Source: an uncultured Chloroflexia bacterium (lineage in GTDB: Bacteria > Chloroflexota > Anaerolineae > CG2-30-64-16). Taken from it: a stretch of DNA of 64,000 bases. A program made the translations under genes and the position numbers. Positions 31,890-42,694 of this stretch are shown one piece after another (the first letter of the stretch is position 1; every line of letters starts with the position of its first letter). The stretch covers positions 224,001 to 288,000 of the forward strand of contig CAWEMM010000009.1 in the NCBI GenBank assembly GCA_963810095.1, in the 5' to 3' direction. The notes below the pieces were generated by a model. That model worked only from the letters and a program-made list of their open reading frames with translations. It had not been told where the DNA came from and searched no databases.

Positions 31890-32681
31890 ATGTTTGCACT
31901 CGAGACGCGTGATGTGTTGAAGGCTTATGGGTCTGGGACCTCGGTGACCAGGGCCGTGGACGGAGTGTCGATTGGCGTGCGCAGCGGTGAGTTCGTGGCA
32001 CTCGTCGGGCCCAGCGGTTCGGGGAAGACCACCTTGTTGGCCATGCTCGCCGGCCTGCTGCGCCCCACGAGCGGCGACCTCCTGATCGACGGGAACGAAC
32101 TGGGCCGCATGAAGGACGGGGAGCGCACCGCCTTCCGCCGCCAGCGGATCGGGTTCACGTTCCAGGCTAACAACCTGGTGCCCTTCCTGACGGCGCTGGA
32201 GAATGTCGAGCTGATGCTGCGGCTGAACGGCCGGCTGGACAAGGCGGGCAAGGCGCGGGCCCGCGACCTGCTGGAACGCTTGGGGCTGGGCGACCGCCTG
32301 AACAGCCTCCCCCGGCAGTTGTCCGGCGGACAGCAGCAGCGGGTGGCCATTGCCCGTGCGCTTATCCACGAGCCCGCGGTCGTCCTGGCCGACGAGCCGA
32401 CGGCCAGCCTCGATACGGAGCGCGCGTTCCAGGTCGTCGAGACCTTCGCCACCATGATCCGTGAGCAGAACCGGGCGGGCATCATGGTTACGCACGATCT
32501 GCGCATGATCCAGTACGTGGACCGGGTGCTGCAGATGCGGGATGGCAAGCTGGCTCGGGAGATTACGGATCGCGACGAGATCATGCTGATGGCGGGCACC
32601 GGGCTGCACGACGCACCGGTCGCCGCCAACTGGCCGACGCCCACACCCGTGCTGGCAGTCGAACCCGTGGTCGTGCAGTAA
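31890..32681 (+). CDS. ABC transporter ATP-binding protein (LolD-like)
   Basis: GPSGSGKTT, LSGGQQQRVAIARAL, LADEPT, VTHD. Confidence 0.96.
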   Translation: MFALETRDVLKAYGSGTSVTRAVDGVSIGVRSGEFVALVGPSGSGKTTLLAMLAGLLRPTSGDLLIDGNELGRMKDGERTAFRRQRIGFTFQANNLVPFLTALENVELMLRLNGRLDKAGKARARDLLERLGLGDRLNSLPRQLSGGQQQRVAIARALIHEPAVVLADEPTASLDTERAFQVVETFATMIREQNRAGIMVTHDLRMIQYVDRVLQMRDGKLAREITDRDEIMLMAGTGLHDAPVAANWPTPTPVLAVEPVVVQ

Positions 32682-32753
32682 CCACAGACCACCGAATCGT
32701 TGTTGAGTTTCTCGCGGTCGTTGGCCGCTGCGTTGGAAGAGGGAGATCATCTC

Positions 32754-34052
32754 ATGAAGAAGTTCGTTATTGCGGGGATCGTTGTGCTCGTATTGATGGC
32801 AGGCGGGGTCGCAGCGTTTACGATGCAGCGCACCGCGAGTGCGCAGGCCGAGCAGCCGGCGACGGCTGCTGCGGCAGAGCCGAACCGGGGCGTTGTGGCA
32901 GAAGGCGTTGTCGTGCCGGTCGAATGGGCAGCGGTGAGCAGCCAGGCCGGCGGCCGGGTGGCCGAGGTTCTGGTGCGCGAAGGCGAGCAGGTGACCGCGG
33001 GCCAGGCGATGGTGCGGGTCGAGTCGAGCCGCCAGGCCGCGGCAGTGGCCCAGGCCGCGGCCGGCCTTGCGCGAGCCCAGGCCCGGTTGGCCGAACTGAA
33101 GGCCGGCCCTCGGGCCGAAGAGATCGCGGTGGCCGAGTCGGCCGTGAGTGTCGCACAGGCCCAGTTGGGCCGGGCGCAGCAGGGTGCGAAGGCCGAGGAC
33201 GTGGCCGCGGCGGAAGCGGCTGTCGCCGCAGCGCAGGCCAGCCTGAACAAGGTGCTCGAGGGTGCAGCGCCCGGCGCGCTGATCGCAGCTCGCACCGACC
33301 TGGCCAATGCCAAGGCGGCGCTGGAAGTAGCGCAAGCCGGTTACGACAAGGTCAAGGGCAACCCGGACGTCGCGGCCTCACCCCAGTCGCTCCAGCTCCA
33401 GCAGGCGACGAACGTGTACAACGCGGCGCAGGCCCGTCTCTCTGACCTCGAGCGCGGGGCCAGCAAGGCCGATGTGGATGCGGGCCGCGCCCGTCTTTCG
33501 CAGGCCCAGGCCCAGCTAAGGGCAGTGCAGGCGAGCGTTCGACCGGCAGACGTGGCCGTGGCCGAGGCCCAGGTGCAGGCGGCCCAGGAGCAGCTGAAGC
33601 TGGCGAAGGCGGGCGCACGGCCCGAAACGATCGCAGCAGCCGAGGCGGACGTCGCAGCGGCGCAGGCCGGCCTCGACCAGGCAAAGGCCGGGCTGGCCGA
33701 GACCGAGGTGAAGGCGCCCTTTGCCGGTACCGTGGCCGCCCTCACGGTACGCCTGGGCGAGCAGCTTGCGCCCGCAGCCCCCGTTGCGCAGCTCGCCAAC
33801 CTGAGTGCATGGCAGGTCGAGACCTCCGACCTGACTGAACTGCACATTGCCGGCGTCAAGCCCGGCGATACCGTCGGCCTGACCTTCGACGCCCTGCCGG
33901 GCGTCAGCATGAACGGCACGGTCACGCGGATCAGCGACGTGGGCGTGAGCAACAAGGGCGACATCGCCTACAAAGTCACGGTCCAGCCCGAGCGGACTGA
34001 TCCCGGGCTCAAGTGGAACATGACAGCGGCGGTCACTTTCCCCACCCGCTAA
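32754..34052 (+). CDS. HlyD/efflux membrane-fusion adaptor protein
   Basis: N-terminal anchor, lipoyl-like halves GGRVAEVLVREGEQV and VKAPFAGTV, long Ala-rich coiled coil. Confidence 0.9.
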   Translation: MKKFVIAGIVVLVLMAGGVAAFTMQRTASAQAEQPATAAAAEPNRGVVAEGVVVPVEWAAVSSQAGGRVAEVLVREGEQVTAGQAMVRVESSRQAAAVAQAAAGLARAQARLAELKAGPRAEEIAVAESAVSVAQAQLGRAQQGAKAEDVAAAEAAVAAAQASLNKVLEGAAPGALIAARTDLANAKAALEVAQAGYDKVKGNPDVAASPQSLQLQQATNVYNAAQARLSDLERGASKADVDAGRARLSQAQAQLRAVQASVRPADVAVAEAQVQAAQEQLKLAKAGARPETIAAAEADVAAAQAGLDQAKAGLAETEVKAPFAGTVAALTVRLGEQLAPAAPVAQLANLSAWQVETSDLTELHIAGVKPGDTVGLTFDALPGVSMNGTVTRISDVGVSNKGDIAYKVTVQPERTDPGLKWNMTAAVTFPTR

Positions 34053-34073
34053 CAACGGTTCCACGGGCAACTC

Positions 34074-34107
34074 AGAAGGCGACACCGGTCACTCGGTGTC
34101 GCCTTTT
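34074..34107 (+). terminator. Intrinsic terminator
   Basis: AGAAGGCGACACCG-GTCACT-CGGTGTCGCCTTTT. Confidence 0.85.
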
Positions 34108-34185
34108 ATGTGTTTGTTCCCCCATCTGGTATGATAAGTTTCACAACTCCGGTTGCCGATCCCCCTTCAGAAAGGGCCGCACCCC

Positions 34186-35807
34186 GTGCGCCTCGTCTCT
34201 ATCATCGCATTGCTCGCCTTGACTATCACTGCGCCGGCCGCCGCTTGGGCGCCTGCCGCCTCGGCCCCGGCCACACCGCAGATCGACGGCTTCGGACCCA
34301 TTGGGCCCGCAGCCGGCTGGCTGCTGGCAGAGAACCGGCTGTTCGTCACGCCCGACAAGGGCCAGACCTGGCAGGACGTCACGCCCGCCGGTGACGCCGC
34401 GCGCCTCCTGGCGGCCGACTTTTTCGGCGCCGCGGGTTGGCTGATCACAGGGTCGGCGGCCGCCTCTCCCGACGCTCCGCTCACGCTTGCTCGCACCAGC
34501 GATACCGGCGCGACGTGGCGTTCCGTGCCCTTGGCGCTGCCGCCGCATGAAGATGCCGGTCTGCCCATCGCCGGGGTGCAAATGGACTTTCAGAACCAGC
34601 GTGTAGGACGCCTCCGCCTCATCTATGCCTCGAGCAGCAACTTCGAGCGCTACTCCGATTGGTCGACGGAGGATGGCGGCGAGACGTGGGCGCGCCTGGA
34701 CGGCACAAGCGAAGCCGCCAGCAGCGCGCCTGGTGCGCTGCCCGACGTCGTTTTTCTCCCCGACGGACGAAATGGGTGGCGCTTGCAGCAGGCGGGTGAG
34801 TGCACGGTTAGCGGTTCGACACGGGTGTGCGAGCAACACGTGCGGCTGTCTGTCACGCACGATGGCGGCCAGAGTTGGCGACCAATCGCGCTTCCTGCGG
34901 GTGTCAGCTCATCCGCCCGGAGCACGGTTCCGGACGGCCCTGCCCTCAATGCTGCGACTGCGTCTGCCGGACAGCGCACGATCATCGCCGCGGGCCATGG
35001 CTTCGACAAGTGCGAAGTCCCTACGTTGGATCAACTGCGGGAGTGGCGGCGCACCAGCCCGTACAGCAGCGTGAATCTGTACATCGGCGGCGCGCTGCGC
35101 GCCTGCAGCAACCGCGCGCTCAGTCGCGAGCTACCTGCGCAGCATTTACGACGACGGCTGGACTTTCATCCCCACCTGGGTCGGGCCCCAGGCGCCGTGC
35201 ACGAGTTTTCGCAGTCGCATCAGTTACGACCCGTCGGCCGCGCAGGGGCAGGGCCTGGCCGAAGCCAACGCCGCGGCCGACACACTCGCCGCGCTGGGCC
35301 TGGCCGAGCCTGGAGGCGGGGGCAGCATCGCCTACTACGATATGGAGGCGTACGCTTCAGGCGATAGCGCGTGCAATGCCGCGGTGCAGGCGTTTGTGCT
35401 GGGCTGGAATCAGGGGATGCAGGCCCGCGGGCACCTGGCCGGCGTTTACGGCCTCGGCTGGACGCTCAGCCTGCTCGCGAATCTGTCGCAACCTCCGGAC
35501 GCAGTCTGGCCGGCCCACTGGATACGGACTAGCTACGATTCAGGAGTGACTGTCTGGGACGTTAGGAATCTGGATGACAAGCTGTGGGCGAACCACCAAC
35601 GGCTCCGCCAGTACACGCGGCGGCCATAATGAGACCTGGGGCGGCGTCACGCTCAACATCGACGCAAACGTGCTCGATGGACCAGTCGCGCTCGCCGGCC
35701 CTGGGCCCGACACGCCGACGCCGACTGCGACCGTCACACCGACCCGCACGCCGTTCCCCTTCACACCGCGGGCCTGGTTTTACCTTCCGATGATCACACA
35801 TCCGTAG
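34186..35807 (+). CDS. Secreted protein: BNR/Ycf48-like repeats + DUF1906 (GH25-like) hydrolase domain + PT linker + YLPMI tail (frameshifts ~35130, ~35617)
   Basis: TxDxGxTW repeats. GFDKC, VNLYIGG..RAC, WVGPQAPC, YYDMEAY, WANHQRLRQY.GGHNETWGGVTLNID across three frames. Confidence 0.8.
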
Positions 35808-35873
35808 GGATTGTGGGGCAGGTGGCGGCCTCGGCACGCGGAGCGTGCCGAGGCCGCACCTGCCGCGACCCCC

Positions 35874-36908
35874 TCATGGCAGCGCCACGACCCAGATATT
35901 CCGATCCTTGCTCTCGACATAAACAACGTAACGGCCGTCGGGCGACACCCGCCAGTCGCCGTTGGCGATCTTGAGCGGCGCGTCGCCGGCACGCGTTAAC
36001 TGCGTGAAGGCGAGCGACTCGGGGTCCAACTGCCAGAACTCGTGGTACTGCGCATCGGGCTTGAAGGGTACGACCACTAGCTTGTCGTCACCGTCCACCG
36101 TCCGCCACTGATACGCGCCAAACGTGCCCGGGGGCGCGGCCTTGGGCTTTCCACCGTTCGTGCTCACCAGCCACAGCCCGTTACCGGCCTCGTTGAACGT
36201 GGTGTAATAGGCGATCCAGTCGCCCGACGGCGAGAGGGTAGCGCTCCGCAGGCGCTCTGCCCGCACGATCTCGGTCAGCTTGCCGTCCGGAATCGAAAGC
36301 GAGTACAGGACGCTTTGGCTGCGATCTTTCGGGTCCTGGCCGTTCACCAGGAGCGCCGTATCTGATATCCACCCTCCGACACCGCCCCGGCGCAACGTCG
36401 TGATCCGTTTGGCTCCGCTGCCGTCCACATTTGCCGTCCAGATCGCCGCGACTTGCTGCTCGGGCGGCAGGTCGGGATTGCTGATACTCCAGGCAATCCG
36501 CTTGAAGTCTGGCGAGAACTGTACGCCGCGGCCTTGAGCCGGGACCACGAACTTCTTGCCGTCGCTCAAGCGCACGAGTGTCGTGGTGCTCTTCGTCGTC
36601 TCGATCCGGTAGGGGCCCACGATCCGGCTGTCTTCCACCTTGCCCGAAACGAGCGCCGGCTGCACCTCCGGTCGTTCGGCCGTTACGCCGTAGACGCCGA
36701 GCTTGCCGCCCGCCGGCTTGTCGATGAAGCGCACCTGTTTCCCGTCGGGCGACCAGAACGGCTGGGTGCAGCAGCCCCCGGTCGTTAAGCGCACGGGTTT
36801 CGATTCCTGCAGCTGAGTCGCAGACGCGATGGCGTAAGGATGTCCCAGCTGCCCGACATTCCCCAGTAGCGCCGCGAGCATCACGGCCAGCAGTAAAACG
36901 TGTCTCAT
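35874..36908 (-). CDS. Secreted TolB-like/PD40 beta-propeller protein
   Basis: Signal peptide, WSPDG, FSPDF, LSPSG, VSPDG repeats. Confidence 0.8.
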   Translation of the reverse strand: MRHVLLLAVMLAALLGNVGQLGHPYAIASATQLQESKPVRLTTGGCCTQPFWSPDGKQVRFIDKPAGGKLGVYGVTAERPEVQPALVSGKVEDSRIVGPYRIETTKSTTTLVRLSDGKKFVVPAQGRGVQFSPDFKRIAWSISNPDLPPEQQVAAIWTANVDGSGAKRITTLRRGGVGGWISDTALLVNGQDPKDRSQSVLYSLSIPDGKLTEIVRAERLRSATLSPSGDWIAYYTTFNEAGNGLWLVSTNGGKPKAAPPGTFGAYQWRTVDGDDKLVVVPFKPDAQYHEFWQLDPESLAFTQLTRAGDAPLKIANGDWRVSPDGRYVVYVESKDRNIWVVALP

Positions 36909-37627
36909 CGCGTCCTCGGCCAGGGGTTCTTGAACTCGTTGAGCAGCTTGCCCCCCGTCACCGCCGGCGGCTGGTCGTCAAGCTGCTGCCATTTACGGGG
37001 GTCATCCAGGTCGCGCTCGAAGCCGCGGCCGAAGTTGCCGATCAATGCGAGGTTGTCCCAGTCCGCCTGCATCAGGGGGAGCGGGTTGTATTTCCACGAG
37101 CGTCCGGGATAGTTGCGCACCTCGAGGTGCAGGTGCGGCCGCCCAGTACAGGTCTCGTCAGGGTCGCCGCTGAGCGCGACCACCTCGCCTTGCTTCACCT
37201 TCTGGCCCACCGCCAGTTTGGGCCTTTCGAGCAGGTGCCCGTAGAGCGTCGAGTACTTGAGCTGGGGATGGTCGATGATCAGGTTGTGCGGCGCGGAGCC
37301 GTAGGCTTTTGCATCGACCAGCCCGACCACGCCGTCGGCTACAGCCACGATGGGCGTGCCACACGGGGCCGAAAGGTCGATCCCGAAGTGAATGCCCTGG
37401 CTGTAGCGGTAGGTCGTGCTGCGCTGGAAGTACGCGCCGACCGTGTTGCCGTACGTTTGCCCCAGCAGCCACGTGTCGGGGCCGGGCGGATCACGGAACG
37501 GCAGGATGAACGGCCGCGCTGGCGCCGCAGACTGGGCCTGCGCCGGCACGGCCGGCAGCACCAGCAGCGCGAGCAGCAGCAAGAACTGCCCGGCTCGTCC
37601 GATGGTGAGTCGTGTGTGTTGTTCCAT
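36905..37627 (-). CDS. M23 family metallopeptidase
   Basis: HFGID (HxxxD), YGHL, PHLHLEVR (HxH). Signal peptide. Confidence 0.92.
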   Translation of the reverse strand: MEQHTRLTIGRAGQFLLLLALLVLPAVPAQAQSAAPARPFILPFRDPPGPDTWLLGQTYGNTVGAYFQRSTTYRYSQGIHFGIDLSAPCGTPIVAVADGVVGLVDAKAYGSAPHNLIIDHPQLKYSTLYGHLLERPKLAVGQKVKQGEVVALSGDPDETCTGRPHLHLEVRNYPGRSWKYNPLPLMQADWDNLALIGNFGRGFERDLDDPRKWQQLDDQPPAVTGGKLLNEFKNPWPRTR

Positions 37628-37655
37628 CTTGTGAACCCTTATGCTGTGATGGGAG

Positions 37656-37808
37656 TTGGAAGGGGAAACGCGAAATCTGCGAAACCGGGAAATCACGGAA
37701 CCCGAAAGAACGAGAGTCCCCACACGAAACGCGCCATTTCGGCTGCCCTTTCGTGCTTTTGCGTTTCGCCTTTCGTCCTTTTGGTCGCTTTCGTGTTTCC
37801 CCTTCCAA
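37656..37808. mobile_element. Intergenic element with 20-bp terminal inverted repeats and periodic CGAAA/TTTCG subrepeats
   Basis: TTGGAAGGGGAAACGCGAAA...TTTCGTGTTTCCCCTTCCAA (19/20 match). Confidence 0.65.
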
Positions 37809-37834
37809 AGCTACGCCGGGACTCCGGTCGCCTG

Positions 37835-40631
37835 CTACCGCTGCTTCGCGACCTTCTCCAACCGCTGCAGGCTTTGCGCGAGGTCGATCCCGTCGCCCAG
37901 CACGGGCTTGAACAGGTCGCCGTGCTTGGCCAGCCGGTCGGGCAGCGTGCGGATGTTGAACTGGCCGGGCGTCATGCCAGGGACCACTTCCTCCCACAAG
38001 AGCGGCGTGGCCACGGGTGCGCCGGGGCGCGGCCGCAGGGAGTAGACCGTCGCCATGGTCTGGCCGCGACGGTTCTGCAGAAAGTCGAGATAGATCTTTC
38101 CCTTGCGCTTGTCGGGGCTGCGTTCGACGCTGGTCGTCGCGGGCAGCCGGTCGTTCACCAGGTACGCGACGAGCCGTCCGAATTCGCGCACCTGGTCGTA
38201 GGTATACTTCGCCGCCAACGGAACGTAGATGTGCAGCCCCGTGGCGCCGGATGTCTTGATGTAGTTCGGCATCTCGGCTGCCTCGAAGAGTCTGTGCACC
38301 TCCTGCGCGGCTCGGATCACCTCGCCGAACGCGATGTCCAGCGGATCGAGGTCGATCACCAGGTAGTCGGGATTATCCAGGTTCTGGCGTCGCGAGTTCC
38401 AGGGGTTGACCTCGATGCAGCCCATGTTCGCCATGAGCACCAGCGTCGCCTCGTCCTGGCACAGCAGGTATTCCTCGGGGTCGCCGTCTTTTTCCCCCAG
38501 GACGATGGTCTGCGCCCACTCGGGCACCTGGCCGCCGACGTCCTTCTGGAAGAAGCTCTCGCCGTTAATCCCGTTCGGGAACCGGTGGAGCGACTCGGGG
38601 CGGTCGACCAGGTAGGGCAGGATCAAGGGCGCGATCCCCTGGTAGTAGCTGATCAGGTCGCGCTTGGTTAGCCCCGCGCCCGGGCCCGCGTCGTCGGGCC
38701 AGTACAGCTTGTCAGGGTTGGTGATGGTGAGCGTCCGGCCGTCGACGGTCACCTCTTCCGGCTTCTCTTCCTTGCGCTTGTAGCGCCGTTTCACCGCCTT
38801 GGCAAGGGGCACAGGCAGCTCCCGGCACACGCTCTGCGGCTCGATGTCGTCGCGCAGCCCGATGAAGATCGGCTGGCGCATCATGCCGTCCTTGCTCCAC
38901 TCCGCGAACTTCACGTCGCAGACCAGCTCGGGCCGCGTCCACGTGGGCGGGGCGTTCGTGGGCGGGGCCACCTTGAAGGGCGACCGCTTGACGATGTAAG
39001 GCTCCAGACGTTCCTTCACGTAGGCAAGCTCGGCCTGCGTGAAGCCCCCGCCCGTGTGCCCGATATACACCAGTTGCTTCCCAGCGGAGGCATCCTGAGC
39101 GGAGGCGGCAGAAGCCGCCGGAGTCGAAGGACGGTCCTCGCCCTCGCCATTTTCGTAGACGCCCAGGATCAGCGCGCCCAGGTCTTTGCGGCCCCCGCGC
39201 GGCTCGGTGTATCCGCAGATCACGGCCGACTGCTGCAGGTGGGTCTTGACCTTGAGCCAGTCCTCCGTGCGGTCGCCCGAGCGGTATTGGCTTGCACCGT
39301 CCTTCGCAATGACGCCCTCGAGGTCGTGCTGGCGTGCCGTGTCGTACAGCGCCCGGCCGTGCTGCTCGATATAGTCGCTCCAATGTACGTGGGGCAGCTC
39401 GGGCAGGATCGCTTTGAGGATCGCCTTGCGCCGCAGCAGGGGCAGGTTGCACAGGTCGTGGCCCTGCAGGTAAATGATGTCGAACACGTAGTATGCAAGC
39501 GTGCCCGCCCCGTCTTTGAGCCAGTTCTGCAGCAGCTTGAACTGCGGCCGGCCGGCCTCGTCGAGCACGACCACCTCGCCGTCGATGACGGCATCGAACT
39601 TGAGCGATTGCAGGTCGCGGACGATTGCGCCGTAACGATCGTTGAAGCTCAGCATGTTGCGCGAATAAAGCAGGACGTTGCCGCCGCTGAGTTCCGCGAC
39701 GGCCCGGTAGCCGTCCCACTTGATCTCGAATAGCCAGCCCTCGCGGTCAAACGGCTCGTCTGTCAGCGTGGCGAGCATGGGCTTGACCTCGTGGGGCAGG
39801 GGCGCCGCGACCGCGCCGGTCAGGTCGATGCGCGACAGGTCAAGCTCGCCGGATTGGTTTGCGACGGCTCGTTGGACGTCTCGCGGCGTCGGCCGGCGCG
39901 AACGCGCGGGCATTCGAACCGGGTGCGGTGCGGCCGCCTCCTCCGTTGTCCGCGTCGCGGTCCGAGTGCCACTCCGCGTCCCGCGCGTCCGCGATTTCTT
40001 CCATGTTGCGGGCGGAGATCACCGACCGGTCCCACAACAGCACGTCTTGCGGGGTGGCGAAGTCATCCTGTTTCTTCACCAGCAGCCACGCGTTCTCGTC
40101 CTTCCGGCCGGAAGGGTTCCCGCTGGAAGGGTCCTTCCGGGCGGAAGGGTTGCCGCCGTGCATCTTCGACAGGGCAAACGCGCCCTTGAGCTTCTGACCG
40201 CGCAGGAAGAGCTTCAGGCTGCCCTTGCCGAGCTGCTCGTTCAGCAGCCTCTCGCTCTCCTCGCGGGTGGTCGCACCCAGCGCGGTGTAGGTTCCCTCGT
40301 CCCACACCATCACGGTGCCGGCGCCGTAGTTGCCCTCGGGGATGATGCCCTCAAATGTGCGGTAGTCCATGGGGTGGTCTTCGACCATCATCGCCAGCCG
40401 CTTGTCGGCCGGATTGAGCGAAGGCCCTTTTGGCACGGCCCAGCTCTTCAGCGCGCCGTTGAGCTCCAGGCGGAAGTCGTAGTGGAGGTGCGAGGCCGCG
40501 TGCTTTTGGACGACGAAGCGCAGGGCCGGCCCTTGGTCGGCACGCTCCCCGGGCGAGCTCTCGTTCGCCTCGGGCGGCGGCTCGGGCGTCTTCTTGAAGT
40601 TCCGCTTCTCACGGTAGGTTTCTAGGGTCAT
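37835..40631 (-). CDS. ligD: NHEJ DNA ligase D, phosphoesterase-ligase-polymerase (frameshift ~39905)
   Basis: [64 protein letters not shown]. Confidence 0.93.
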
Positions 40632-40660
40632 CCCTGATCTTGTTGTCGTAATCGAACGAC

Positions 40661-40753
40661 GAATAGAACGCAGATTCACCTGATTGAGCTGATCTACCTG
40701 ACCGGTCGAAGATCATGAAGTTCAGTCAGATCAGTTCGATCTGTGTCCCATTC
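40661..40753. repeat. GGGACACAGAT-family inverted-repeat element between ku and ligD
   Basis: gaatagaacgcagattcacctgattgagctgat...atcagttcgatctgtgtcccattc. Confidence 0.6.
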
Positions 40754-41530
40754 CTACTTCTTGGCTTCGGCCATCTCCAGGCTCTCGCGCAGCTTGGCAA
40801 ACAGGTCGGTCACCTCGGCCGGAATGGCCTCTTCCTCTTCAGGTTCCTTCGCCTTGCCCGCCGCCTTATCCTCGATAAACTGCTTCAGTGCCTCGGTATA
40901 CGTGTCATGGTACTCGTTTGGATCAAAGGTCTCGGTCAGTTGGTCGACCAGCCGGACCGCCATGTCGAGTTCCTTCTTTTGCACCTCGTTCGCCGGCGGC
41001 AGCTCGAGCCCCTCCGGGTTGCGCACTTCGCTGGCCCAGCGCATCTGCAGCAGGACGATCATGTCGCCCTCGGCCCGCAGCAGGCACATACGCTCCCGCG
41101 TTCGCAGGATATACCTGGCGACCGCCACCTTGTCCGTCTTCTTCAGTGCCTCGCGCAGCAGTGCGTACGCCTTCGCCGCGCCCTTCACGGGTTCCAGGAA
41201 GTAGGGCTTTTCCAGCAGCTTCGCGTCGACCTCCGACTCCTTGATGAAGGCCACGATTTCGATGGTCTGCGTCTTCTTCGGCGCGGCCCGCTTGAAGTCT
41301 TCGTCCGTCACCACGACATAGTCGCCCTTGCGGAACTGGTAGCCCTTGACGATGTCCTTGTACTCGACCTCTTCGCCGTCTGCCTGACACACCCGCACGT
41401 AGCGGATCGGGCACAGGTCGCCCTTGCGCAGCATGTCGAAGTCCAGGTCCCGAGCCTCGCTGCCGCTGAAAAGCTTGATGGGGATATAGATCAGGCCGAA
41501 GCTGATTGCTCCACTCCAGATCGATCGCAT
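40754..41530 (-). CDS. ku: NHEJ Ku protein
   Basis: MRSIWSGAISFGLIYIPIKL, IVKGYQ, KPYFLEP, AYALLREAL. Confidence 0.96.
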   Translation of the reverse strand: MRSIWSGAISFGLIYIPIKLFSGSEARDLDFDMLRKGDLCPIRYVRVCQADGEEVEYKDIVKGYQFRKGDYVVVTDEDFKRAAPKKTQTIEIVAFIKESEVDAKLLEKPYFLEPVKGAAKAYALLREALKKTDKVAVARYILRTRERMCLLRAEGDMIVLLQMRWASEVRNPEGLELPPANEVQKKELDMAVRLVDQLTETFDPNEYHDTYTEALKQFIEDKAAGKAKEPEEEEAIPAEVTDLFAKLRESLEMAEAKK

Positions 41531-41739
41531 ACTGCTGCCTCCTACTCATTACACAGCCAATTCAGCTTGAGTATAGGCGAAGCCCCGTGCAAGGACTGTA
41601 ACATGCCGCACGGATAATCGCGGAAGGTCGACAGGATCAAGTCGTAACCCCTCACACCGACAGTTGGCCCCAAAGGGTATAACCTTGACCGGCCGCCCTG
41701 TCCTGCGGGCGGGCCGTAACACGCGGGGAGAGAGAACTC

Positions 41740-42661
41740 ATGACAGAGGTTGGCTGGCCGGCAGGCTACCGGATTCGTCCGCCGCGCCCCGACGAAGCCG
41801 TCAGGGTTGCGGATTTGATTCGGGCATGCGACGTGGCGGACACGGGCGAGCCGGACTGGAATGTGGAGGAAACGCGCGCGGACTGGATTCGACTGGGTTT
41901 TGACCTGGCCCGGGACGCCCGCATTGTCGAAGCGCCTGACGGCCGGCTCGTCGCGTATACCGACGTCTTTGTCCGCCCCAATGCGGTTGAGATCACCGCA
42001 AATACCTGCCTCAATCCGGAGTGCCGCTCGGAGGCGCTCGACGAGGCCCTTATCTCACTGGCCGAGACGTTGGCGGCACAGCACGCTCCGCTGCCCGTGC
42101 GCGCCATGGTGCTCGCGTCTCGTGGCCCCTTATTCGAAGGTCGCGGCTACAAGCCGCAGCGCTGGCTCTGGCGCATGCGCGGCAGACCTGGAAGCGCCCC
42201 CCGAAGCCGCCGAGTGGCCCGAGGGGTTTACCGTCCGGACCATGGAGCCGGCCGACGAGCGCCGGGCATACGAGTTGATCGAAGAAGCCTTCGTGCGCCC
42301 TGGCCGCGCGCCCGTGTCCTACGAGGAATGGCGGCGCTTCGTCGTCGAACGGGGCGATTTCGACCGTTCGCTGGCGTTTCTGGCGGTGCGAGGGCGCGAG
42401 ATAGCGGGGACTGGCATGTGCTTGATGGACCCTGCAGGCGGCGAGGGGTGGGTGCGCCAGTTGGCGGTCGACAGCCGCTACCGGGGGCAGGGCCTGGGCA
42501 AGGCGCTGCTGCTGCACGCATTCGGGGAGTTCTATCGCCGGGGTGCGACGCGGGCCGGCTTGGGCGTCGACGCGAACAACCCGTCGGCGACCAAGCTGTA
42601 TCTTGGGGTGGGGATGCGCGCGCTCCAGGAGTACGTGCAGTACGAGCGTAAACCGGAGTAG
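41740..42661 (+). CDS. Tandem-domain GNAT N-acetyltransferase (frameshift ~42180)
   Basis: C-terminal LAVDSRYRGQGLGKALL and LGVDANNPSATKLY. The N-terminal GNAT-like half is in another frame. Confidence 0.85.
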
Positions 42662-42694
42662 ACACTCACCCCGCACTGCTGGACAACGACGGGC

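Noticed and set aside
37835-41530. Ku-LigD as a prophage or mobile-element marker
   Set aside because: Ordinary chromosomal NHEJ pair with no integrase, phage or transposase genes in the window.
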